In this document: one piece after another, positions 1-7,107 of the stretch
Layout: every line of letters starts with the position of its first letter
Numbering within the stretch: position 1 is the stretch's first letter
DNA from: a virus
Lineage: Duplodnaviria > Caudoviricetes
DNA: 56,474 nt
Virus record (IMG/VR): IMGVR_UViG_3300020258_000006
Coordinates: 1 to 56,474 of that record
Reading direction: 5' to 3' (one strand)
Made by a program: the position numbers and the translations under genes
The notes under the pieces: generated by a model
Seen by the model: only the letters and a program-made list of their open reading frames with translations
Databases searched by the model: none
What the model was told of the DNA's origin: nothing

Positions 1-161
1 TGTGTACAGTAATAAAGCTTTTTATATATGTATAGAAAAATTTCTAGTGACTTTTTTATGCACATAAAACTTATTAGTCTTTTATTGGTGTCACCAAAAA
101 TAGTAATATAAATGCAATAACTAATAATATTAATACTTTAAGTAATTATTATTTTATGCAT

Positions 162-193
162 AAAAAAACCCCCCATAAATAAATATGAGGGGT
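162..193 (-). terminator. Rho-independent terminator ending the early operon
   Basis: Minus strand ACCCCUCAUA-uuuauu-UAUGGGGGGU followed by a U-tract. Confidence 0.85.
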
Positions 194-216
194 AGTTTGG
201 GAGAACTTTTTATTAA

Positions 217-447
217 TTAAGTATTAGATGAAAAGTAGTTTTTTCTGTATGCATTTGCACATTCATCTATCATTTCATTAACTCTATTTTCTGTTCTTTC
301 ATTTGCAATATACTTATTTGCATTTGATAACCAACAATGAACACAAATATATTTATCATCTTCAATAACAAATAAATATCTCTCTTGTTGTTTACCACAA
401 GCAGAACAAGAACAAATATCTTGTGAACTTGGAACATGAATACTCAT
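217..447 (-). CDS. Small zinc-ribbon-like hypothetical protein
   Basis: CSCSAC...CVHC Cys pairs; start moved to ATG 447 behind GAAAGG. Confidence 0.6.
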   Translation of the reverse strand: MSIHVPSSQDICSCSACGKQQERYLFVIEDDKYICVHCWLSNANKYIANERTENRVNEMIDECANAYRKNYFSSNT

Positions 448-448
448 T

Positions 449-694
449 TTAATACTGCCTTTCAGTAGTCTTAACAATAAAGTTTTCGTTATCGTCTAAT
501 TGATACTCTTTTAACTTTAATTGTTTATTAGATGAACCATAACAAGTAATACCTTGATGTTCTAATAATTCAGTTAATGCATCAATTTGCATCTTTACTG
601 CTCGAACTTGTTGAGCAATTAGATTTAAATCTTTATATTCATAAGCAACCATATTATCCATATAATCCTTATTTACTTTAATTAATTTTTGCAT
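449..694 (-). CDS. Hypothetical early protein
   Basis: ORF with GAAAGGG SD, tight packing. Confidence 0.65.
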   Translation of the reverse strand: MQKLIKVNKDYMDNMVAYEYKDLNLIAQQVRAVKMQIDALTELLEHQGITCYGSSNKQLKLKEYQLDDNENFIVKTTERQY

Positions 695-728
695 TTTTTA
701 ACCCTTTCAAAGTTATTAAAGTTTAATA

Positions 729-992
729 TTAGTTGTTTAAATCAACCAATGAATAAACATTAGAATTAATCTTTTTCTGTGTCAAATGTTTATTTTCATT
801 TAAAAATATATTTCTATATTTACCAGTGGTTGTTGAATAATCCCAGTAATTAATATCTAAATAAACTTTTCCCTCATTATCTCTCATAGCAATTAAACTC
901 TCGTATGATTGAAAATAATGAGCATCTGGAGTGACAATTAGAAATTGATTAGGTCTATTGTTTATATTGTGTACTTTTATATGTTTTATCAT
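729..992 (-). CDS. Conserved phage hypothetical protein (FQSY...WDYSTTTGKY family)
   Basis: Motifs NQF, FQSYxS, WDYSxTTGKYRNxFL; GAAAGGA SD before ATG 992. Confidence 0.7.
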   Translation of the reverse strand: MIKHIKVHNINNRPNQFLIVTPDAHYFQSYESLIAMRDNEGKVYLDINYWDYSTTTGKYRNIFLNENKHLTQKKINSNVYSLVDLNN

Positions 993-1030
993 TTTATTTC
1001 CTTTCAAGGTTTTATTTTGTTATAGGTGAC

Positions 1031-1058
1031 ATAATACATAAAAAAAAGGGGATGTAAA
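1031..1058 (-). promoter_or_regulatory. Sigma70-like promoter embedded in the terminator
   Basis: TTTACA-16nt-TATTAT, with TG just before the -10. Confidence 0.4.
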
Positions 1059-1068
1059 TACACCCCCC
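1040..1068 (-). terminator. Rho-independent terminator
   Basis: GGGGGUG-UAUUUA-CAUCCCC hairpin followed by U8. Confidence 0.8.
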
Positions 1069-1073
1069 AGTTT

Positions 1074-1154
1074 TTAAAATATTGCTAGTAAAATGGCTAT
1101 TAAAACAATTATCCAAACTAGCTTAAAAGCACTAGTAATCCAATCGTGTATCAT
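1074..1154 (-). CDS. 26-aa single-TM micropeptide (MIHDWITSAFKLVWIIVLIAILLAIF), not in the ORF track
   Basis: ATGA overlap with the DUF932 stop; ends just before the terminator; hydrophobic helix. Confidence 0.6.
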   Translation of the reverse strand: MIHDWITSAFKLVWIIVLIAILLAIF

Positions 1155-2269
1155 GCGACAAGTGCTAAATTATTCCAATTATCAGTTGACAATAATTGTC
1201 TGACTTTATTTTGTCTATGCAGTTGTACAGTATGCTTTGACTTTGTCTCACCTAATGTCTGATCTTTACCATTGACATCAACATACTTTGCATCAGTATG
1301 CGTTGACCAATATGTAAGAGCATTATAAGCTGACCACATATTTGCACCACAATCTTGACTTTCTTTTTGGAATACTTGCACCATAAAATCCAATAGCTTT
1401 TGATTGACTTTATATTTGCTATCAGCAATTAACTGCGACCCTTTACCCCTTTCAACTCGACATAATGTCACTGCTAGGAAATCAGCAAATCTCTTATCAG
1501 TGATAGGAGTATTTTTCCAATGTATCATTTGATCTTGATTAGAGTGCCAAGAAGACAAACTAGTATTAGCATTATTGAGTAATGCATCGACATTTAAATT
1601 CTGTGTATGCAAATGCTTTTGTTGATAAGATTTTTCACCACCAAATACTTGAGTGTTTTGACATAGCGATCTATAAGCCCCACTAAATACTTGGAAAGCC
1701 CAAGACATATCGACAGAATTAAAAACATCTAAGCGACATTTAACTAAGTCATTTTGACCTACATCCATTTTAAGATCATTGAAATGAATTGTGCGACTAG
1801 CACGTCTTCCATTCTCATATACTCGATCAATGACTTCAACATTGTCCAAAGGTAAATCTGAGTTATCCTGCAAATACTTTCCCTGCTTTTCAAATAATTC
1901 AGAATGATTAACAAGTTTGTAAGTATCAGAGATAGGGCGACAGTTTAAAACGTCACCAGTATGCGTTGAAATAAGCCCTCGATACTTTTCAAGTTTTTGC
2001 ATTGTTCCCATGCCAACCCCAAAAGGTTTATCCACAAATAATGGTACTGGTTCGACAGTTCCAACATCCTCGAATAGTCTAATATTGCGTACATCATCAT
2101 GTACAAATTCAGTACCATTGGGCAACTGTTTATAACCACAATCGTCTAATGATACATTCCATTTTGGTGGAACATTAGTCTTGAATGTTTCAATATTATT
2201 TTCACCTTCAAGATTGTTTTGAATGTTCGCATCTATTAGTTCTTCAATATCAATTTGATCAGTCATCAT
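1151..2269 (-). CDS. DUF932 (LGT_TIGR03299-like) family protein
   Basis: NSVDMSW...RSLCQN and NMWSAYNALTYW motifs. Confidence 0.75.
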   Translation of the reverse strand: MMTDQIDIEELIDANIQNNLEGENNIETFKTNVPPKWNVSLDDCGYKQLPNGTEFVHDDVRNIRLFEDVGTVEPVPLFVDKPFGVGMGTMQKLEKYRGLISTHTGDVLNCRPISDTYKLVNHSELFEKQGKYLQDNSDLPLDNVEVIDRVYENGRRASRTIHFNDLKMDVGQNDLVKCRLDVFNSVDMSWAFQVFSGAYRSLCQNTQVFGGEKSYQQKHLHTQNLNVDALLNNANTSLSSWHSNQDQMIHWKNTPITDKRFADFLAVTLCRVERGKGSQLIADSKYKVNQKLLDFMVQVFQKESQDCGANMWSAYNALTYWSTHTDAKYVDVNGKDQTLGETKSKHTVQLHRQNKVRQLLSTDNWNNLALVA

Positions 2270-2486
2270 TTTTCCTTTCTATTAATGCTTTGGATACAAT
2301 GCTTTCAATATCAACATTAGTATCAATTAAAATATCTAATTCATTTCCACCAATAAAATCTAATTGGCAATCGTCTAAAGTTTCACGAATTAATTTTGAA
2401 ACTTCAACTTTTAGATTATTTTCTAAATTTTCTAATTCAACTGTAGTGCCAATTATATCCAACACCTTATGACTATATACGTTCAT
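2259..2486 (-). CDS. Small acidic hypothetical protein
   Basis: ORF with AGAAAGGA SD; D/E-rich. Confidence 0.65.
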   Translation of the reverse strand: MNVYSHKVLDIIGTTVELENLENNLKVEVSKLIRETLDDCQLDFIGGNELDILIDTNVDIESIVSKALIERKNDD

Positions 2487-2488
2487 AA

Positions 2489-2740
2489 TTATTTATTCCT
2501 TTCTATAGTTAATTGTGAAACTGCATGATCTACTTGATCACCAATCTTATCTTCAAGTGTAGTCGTATCCATATAATCCAACATATCCATTTGGGCTAGT
2601 TCATCTTGAACTAAACCATATATATCTAGTTCATGTGACCAATCCATATTTTCGATATGCTTTTTTACTGCATCTTCAACTACTGCTTTTAATTGATCGT
2701 TTATCTGAGTGATCAGCTCATCTGATACTATTTTAACCAT
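2489..2740 (-). CDS. Small acidic hypothetical protein (possible DNA mimic)
   Basis: 19 D/E vs 7 K/R in 83 aa; GAAAGGA SD. Confidence 0.65.
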   Translation of the reverse strand: MVKIVSDELITQINDQLKAVVEDAVKKHIENMDWSHELDIYGLVQDELAQMDMLDYMDTTTLEDKIGDQVDHAVSQLTIERNK

Positions 2741-2763
2741 TTTAATCCTTTCATTTTAATGGC

Positions 2764-2844
2764 GATCGTATGGGGCAAACATTAAATTGTAGGAGACAAT
2801 CCAAGAGCAACCCCATACGATCTATTTAAACAACTTTGCTCTTG
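2764..2844 (-). ncRNA. Structured intergenic RNA element (12-bp stem, inner hairpin, possible pseudoknot)
   Basis: Perfect inverted repeats 2764-2775/2811-2822, 2786-2790/2796-2800 and 2802-2810/2836-2844. Confidence 0.5.
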
Positions 2845-2876
2845 TGCTATCTTAAATATCACAACTGCACCATAGG

Positions 2877-3116
2877 TCAACTATTATTTTCCAAATATTT
2901 CATAAAAGAAATTTCAAAATCTTCCAATCTTCTTGCGTATTCAAAATTTTCTTCATCATATAAATCAAAAATAATTTCTTGAAGTTCAGTCAAAAGAGGA
3001 TCTGTAGCTCTGTGACTATCAGTGTTTGGGCTGACATTATTTAGCTTTGGGCTGACATTATTTTGAAAATTAATACTGGCGACTGCCCACTGTCGTTTGT
3101 TCCATCTTTGCATCAT
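2877..3116 (-). CDS. Hypothetical protein
   Basis: ORF, ATGA coupling with the upstream gene. Confidence 0.55.
   Translation of the reverse strand: MMQRWNKRQWAVASINFQNNVSPKLNNVSPNTDSHRATDPLLTELQEIIFDLYDEENFEYARRLEDFEISFMKYLENNS
3025..3063 (+). repeat. 18-bp direct repeat TTTGGGCTGACATTATTT x2 (period 21)
   Basis: 3025-3042 and 3046-3063; partial third copy at 3537-3548. Confidence 0.85.
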
Positions 3117-3349
3117 TTACGAATCTCCCCTATGATATTATCCTTGTTGTAGAACCGACCCAATGATAGTTCTTTTTTAGTATCGTACACCTTGCCATTC
3201 CATCTTTGTGCAATATCCTTTGCATCAGATAAATGGGTTGCTCGACCTATGCACTCACCATCTGCAATAACTGCATACAGTTCTTTGCGTTTACGTAGAT
3301 ACTTCTCTTGTGCAATCCTCATTCGTTCACTTGTATATGGATCATTCAT
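3113..3349 (-). CDS. Hypothetical protein
   Basis: ATG 3349 preceded by GAAAGGA. Confidence 0.6.
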   Translation of the reverse strand: MNDPYTSERMRIAQEKYLRKRKELYAVIADGECIGRATHLSDAKDIAQRWNGKVYDTKKELSLGRFYNKDNIIGEIRK

Positions 3350-3367
3350 AATATTTCCTTTCATAAA

Positions 3368-3406
3368 AATAGGACTACAGATTACTCCATAGTCCTATTA
3401 AGTCAA
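3368..3406 (-). promoter_or_regulatory. Sigma70-like promoter overlapped by a palindromic operator
   Basis: TTGACT-16nt-TAATCT; inverted repeat AATAGGACTA-N12-TAGTCCTATT at 3368-3399. Confidence 0.55.
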
Positions 3407-3439
3407 TCCCTAAAAAGCGAAAGGATAAAAAAATTCTTT

Positions 3440-3652
3440 TTAGAGATTATATTTTGACCAATACTCATTCCAATTATCAGTCAAAATCTCGTGTGACCAT
3501 TCTTGCCAATCGTCTCTCCAATCGATCAAATGGGAATGGGCTGACATTTTTTTAAAATACTCTTCAATATGTTCACAATCATTGACATTATCGAGAGATA
3601 AATCAACATACTTATCTTCCATATCCATACACATACTTTTAACTCTTCCCAT
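3440..3652 (-). CDS. Small acidic Trp-rich hypothetical protein
   Basis: Start ATG 3652 behind AAAGGA; C-terminal DWRDDWQEW...DNWNEYW. Confidence 0.6.
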   Translation of the reverse strand: MGRVKSMCMDMEDKYVDLSLDNVNDCEHIEEYFKKMSAHSHLIDWRDDWQEWSHEILTDNWNEYWSKYNL

Positions 3653-3842
3653 TGACATTTTCCTTTTCATAACATTCAACAAATACTTCAATGCTCGATC
3701 TAATAAGATCAGCTACACTTATATGTTCTAAACTATTCCTAGTTTCTTGTAAAGATATTTTTGACAATTTTTCAAACATTTCTATAGGCATAGTTAAATT
3801 ATAAGTTTTTGTCGTTGACATTAATTTTTTAGGTCTACCCAT
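3639..3842 (-). CDS. Ribbon-helix-helix (CopG/Arc-like) DNA-binding protein
   Basis: MGRPK arm, beta-strand TYNLTMP, helix, then SVADLIRSSIE. Confidence 0.7.
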   Translation of the reverse strand: MGRPKKLMSTTKTYNLTMPIEMFEKLSKISLQETRNSLEHISVADLIRSSIEVFVECYEKENVNGKS

Positions 3843-4956
3843 TTGGCATACTCCTCAAGATATGTGCAATGACATCTACTGTGAAACCATTACCAAGCAT
3901 CTTGTACCTTTGTGACTTGGATATTTCTTTTATGTCATAGTCATCATCAGATGGATATCTTGACTCATCAAAATCACCAAACATGGTATAGTCATCAGCT
4001 AGTGTCTGTAGACGTTCACACTCTCGTGGTGTCAATGCTCTCCAATACTTATCAGTAACTACAAGATTGTCCTTTTGTACAGTTGTTAACGAACCACTTT
4101 TGCCATCACCTTTCAATTCAATACGTTGCTCAGTTTTGATGTTAGGGTTGTAGTCATCACGCTTTCCTGTTTTAGGATTGATCTTACGACCAACCATCTG
4201 TCCACACACAACCTTTGGTTCTCTGTGTCCACCTTGCATAGTTGTTAGAGTAGGTGATTTACCTTCTCGTGCATACACTCGTTTGATCACATCATATCCT
4301 TTTATATCTGCGATACCAACTTGTATACATCTGTGATCGTCAAATACTAACTGTCGTCTATTCTTTACGAAGTATGATTTCAAGTTACCACCTTTCCAAT
4401 AGTTTGCATCTATACAGAAAGACTTATCTCGATCAACTGCACCATCTTCAACTATGTCTTGTAGATAGATGCCTTTGTCTTTAGGTAAATCGCAATTCCA
4501 ATTAAACCAATACAAACGATCACGCTTTTGTCCACTGACAAGACTAGATGGTATCATCATTGGGGCTACACCCAATGCCATAGTAATCATATTCTCATAC
4601 TCTTTTTTCATCTTGACATTTTCTAACAAAAAGTATTTAGGCTTGATTTCTTTTAAATGATCTAACCATGTGAAGAATAGGTTTGATCGTTTACCCTCGA
4701 CCAAACCCTTACCTTTACCACTAAATGATACGTCTTGACAAGGCGATCCACCGATCATCAGATCAATGTCCTTTATACTATTAGGATTAATTTTAGTTAT
4801 ATCCCCAATAAATTTTGTATTAGGATAATTATACCTTGTTACTGCATTGCACCACTTATCAGTTTCACTTGCTAAGTATGTGGTTACTTTTTTATCTGCT
4901 CGATCAAGAGCAACATTAGCACCACTGTATCCATTGAAAGCACTATACACTCGCAT
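3835..4956 (-). CDS. DNA (cytosine-5)-methyltransferase
   Basis: Motif I SAFNG, IV GGSPCQ, VI LLENV, VIII QKRDR, IX LTPRECERLQ, X LGNG. Confidence 0.92.
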   Translation of the reverse strand: MRVYSAFNGYSGANVALDRADKKVTTYLASETDKWCNAVTRYNYPNTKFIGDITKINPNSIKDIDLMIGGSPCQDVSFSGKGKGLVEGKRSNLFFTWLDHLKEIKPKYFLLENVKMKKEYENMITMALGVAPMMIPSSLVSGQKRDRLYWFNWNCDLPKDKGIYLQDIVEDGAVDRDKSFCIDANYWKGGNLKSYFVKNRRQLVFDDHRCIQVGIADIKGYDVIKRVYAREGKSPTLTTMQGGHREPKVVCGQMVGRKINPKTGKRDDYNPNIKTEQRIELKGDGKSGSLTTVQKDNLVVTDKYWRALTPRECERLQTLADDYTMFGDFDESRYPSDDDYDIKEISKSQRYKMLGNGFTVDVIAHILRSMPNG

Positions 4957-5158
4957 GATCATCTCCATTAAGAATTGCTAACTTGATTTCTTTTAGACGA
5001 TCTACTGCATCTTCAAATGTATCGAAGTCATACGATACAGTTCTCATATCTACAACATCGTCAGATACTTCATACTGCACCATACCATCTTCAGACATAC
5101 CCTTAATGATACACCACTTGTTTTTCAAAGCGTTCTTATTTCCTTTCTTGGCACTCAT
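4943..5158 (-). CDS. Hypothetical protein
   Basis: ORF, AGAAAGGA SD. Confidence 0.6.
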   Translation of the reverse strand: MSAKKGNKNALKNKWCIIKGMSEDGMVQYEVSDDVVDMRTVSYDFDTFEDAVDRLKEIKLAILNGDDHASV

Positions 5159-5345
5159 ATATTTTCCTTTCTTCTTGTAAATTTTTTAAATAAGAATTTA
5201 GTTTTGTATAGGTAGAGAAAAAAGAATACCTATCATTATCTGCATGATCATTCAACCATCTCATAAAATCAGATTTGCCAATTATTTGAAATGATACTTC
5301 TGATTGATGATCGTACACATGAAAATGATTATTGAGATACGGCAT
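5136..5345 (-). CDS. Hypothetical protein
   Basis: ORF, GAGGAG SD. Confidence 0.6.
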   Translation of the reverse strand: MPYLNNHFHVYDHQSEVSFQIIGKSDFMRWLNDHADNDRYSFFSTYTKLNSYLKNLQEERKIYECQERK

Positions 5346-5550
5346 TATGTTTCTCCTCTAATTTCATTGCATACATTCTAGATAAACGATCATATGTTTG
5401 TTGACCACTCGTAGACATACGATCATAATCCCATCCTAAATCTTGTAAGTCTTTAATTGTATATTCAACAAGCAAACGAAAGGCTTTATTTTCTTCAAGA
5501 ATTTTATCTATATATATTTTACTATATGTTGATCTATTCTTACTAACCAT
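5329..5550 (-). CDS. Hypothetical protein
   Basis: ORF, TAATG coupling, AGGAG SD. Confidence 0.6.
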   Translation of the reverse strand: MVSKNRSTYSKIYIDKILEENKAFRLLVEYTIKDLQDLGWDYDRMSTSGQQTYDRLSRMYAMKLEEKHNAVSQ

Positions 5551-6197
5551 TATGCACTCTCCTTTTTCTTATCTATATACAGACGAATACATTTAGACTT
5601 ACTCAATGGTTGACCATCATCATATGTTTTCCAACTTTCCCCTCTTTCTAATTTAGACTTATCTAAGTATTGACCACGCACACGCATATTATATGTATCT
5701 TTATTTAGATAGAACCTCATTGTCTTTACAAGCGATTGTCCATTATCATCATTAGGAATATTAGAAAATACATACCTATGCCCTTTATTTTTTAAATGAG
5801 GATTAAAGTATGAATCACACATACTTTTATTAAGTTTCATTACTCTTTTAAGTTCTTTTCTTAATCTAGATACTTCTTCTTCTAATTTAAATACAGATTT
5901 AGAATTAGCATTTTTCTTTAGTTTGCTATTCTCATTCAAATAATGCTCGATTGTACGATCCTGTCGTTCACACTTATCGAACAACAATTCATATACATCC
6001 CTACGGACATAACCACCGACTAACTTTTTAAACTTTTTAAGATTGGTTGGTTTGTAATCATCTTCCCATATGTGTTCACATATGCCTAATTCTTCTAATC
6101 GATCACAAAGTTTTTTAAATGCATACCAAACGTGTTGATGATGCATATCGTTGATATTTACATAGTCTTGTTTTGTATTGCTATAATATTGAGTCAT
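5550..6197 (-). CDS. Hypothetical coiled-coil protein, first gene of the early operon
   Basis: 215 aa ORF, AGAAAGGAG SD. Confidence 0.7.
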   Translation of the reverse strand: MTQYYSNTKQDYVNINDMHHQHVWYAFKKLCDRLEELGICEHIWEDDYKPTNLKKFKKLVGGYVRRDVYELLFDKCERQDRTIEHYLNENSKLKKNANSKSVFKLEEEVSRLRKELKRVMKLNKSMCDSYFNPHLKNKGHRYVFSNIPNDDNGQSLVKTMRFYLNKDTYNMRVRGQYLDKSKLERGESWKTYDDGQPLSKSKCIRLYIDKKKESA

Positions 6198-6225
6198 AGA
6201 CTCTCCTTTCTGTTTACTATAGGTT

Positions 6226-6300
6226 GCCCCTTAGGGGTTATTTTTATATAACTACACCCAAAAAAAACGCTTGTCAATGGCAATTAACAATGTTAATACT
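6226..6300. promoter_or_regulatory. Divergent promoter region between the early and replication modules
   Basis: Minus TTGACA at 6272-6277; plus TTGTCA-17-TAATAC(T); palindrome ATTAACA-A-TGTTAAT at 6283-6297; CCCC-TTA-GGGG hairpin near 6227. Confidence 0.5.
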
Positions 6301-6306
6301 TTTTTT

Positions 6307-7107
6307 ATGAAATCACCTAATTGGCTAAAGAATTACGTTCAAACGTTAGACATTCCTCAAAACGGAAGATACAGATCAGATTGTCCTGTGTGCAATCGTA
6401 AAAATACTTTTAGTGTTAATGAAAATAATTTTCAAAGAATGTGGAACTGTTTTCATGTTGACTGCCATGTTTCAGGCATTGCTGACATTTCTTTCGACAA
6501 AAACGTTAAGGCTGACAATGTCTTTAAAAATAAAACAATTGACAATATTTCTGTTGACATAAATTTTGACATTCCTCATACCTTTGTAAGTCTTTCGAGG
6601 AATCTAGTTGCAGAGCATTATGTTAAAAGAGTAGGAGCATATAATGCTTATCTCAAAGGTTTAGTTGACATTAGATTTGACATAAAGAAGAACCGTGTGG
6701 TATATCTTTTGACTGACAATAACAAAGTCATCGATGCTTGTGGAAGAGCATTGGGCGACATAAAACCGAAGTGGTATAGATATGGACATAGCAAACATCC
6801 TTTTATTTGTGGAGACTCAAGGAGTCATGGATTCATTGTTGAAGATTGTGCTAGTGCCTGTGCTGTCAGCGATATTGTCTCTGGTATAGCGTTGATGGGA
6901 ACAAGCCTTCTCGATGAACACATAGACGTAATAAAAAATTTTAAAAAGGTGTATGTTGCTCTTGACAAAGATGCGACAAAGAAATCGATTGACATTGTTA
7001 GGAGATTAGTATCTTATGTTGATACGAAGTTAGTTGTTTTAAAACAAGATTTAAAGGATATGAGAAGAGAGGATAGAAATGAGTTTATACGATCCAAAGT
7101 TGGTTGA
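6307..7107 (+). CDS. DNA primase (zinc-binding domain + TOPRIM)
   Basis: CPVC...CFHVDC zinc finger; IVED and ALDKDA TOPRIM motifs. Confidence 0.88.
   Translation: MKSPNWLKNYVQTLDIPQNGRYRSDCPVCNRKNTFSVNENNFQRMWNCFHVDCHVSGIADISFDKNVKADNVFKNKTIDNISVDINFDIPHTFVSLSRNLVAEHYVKRVGAYNAYLKGLVDIRFDIKKNRVVYLLTDNNKVIDACGRALGDIKPKWYRYGHSKHPFICGDSRSHGFIVEDCASACAVSDIVSGIALMGTSLLDEHIDVIKNFKKVYVALDKDATKKSIDIVRRLVSYVDTKLVVLKQDLKDMRREDRNEFIRSKVG

Noticed and set aside
1-160. Direct terminal repeat with the right end, or a coding region
   Set aside because: No matching sequence at the right end seen; very AT-rich with no convincing start or SD
3025-3063. Mini CRISPR array
   Set aside because: Only two 18-bp copies separated by 3 bp, in frame within a CDS; no cas operon (the Cas4-like nuclease is a standard phage replication gene)
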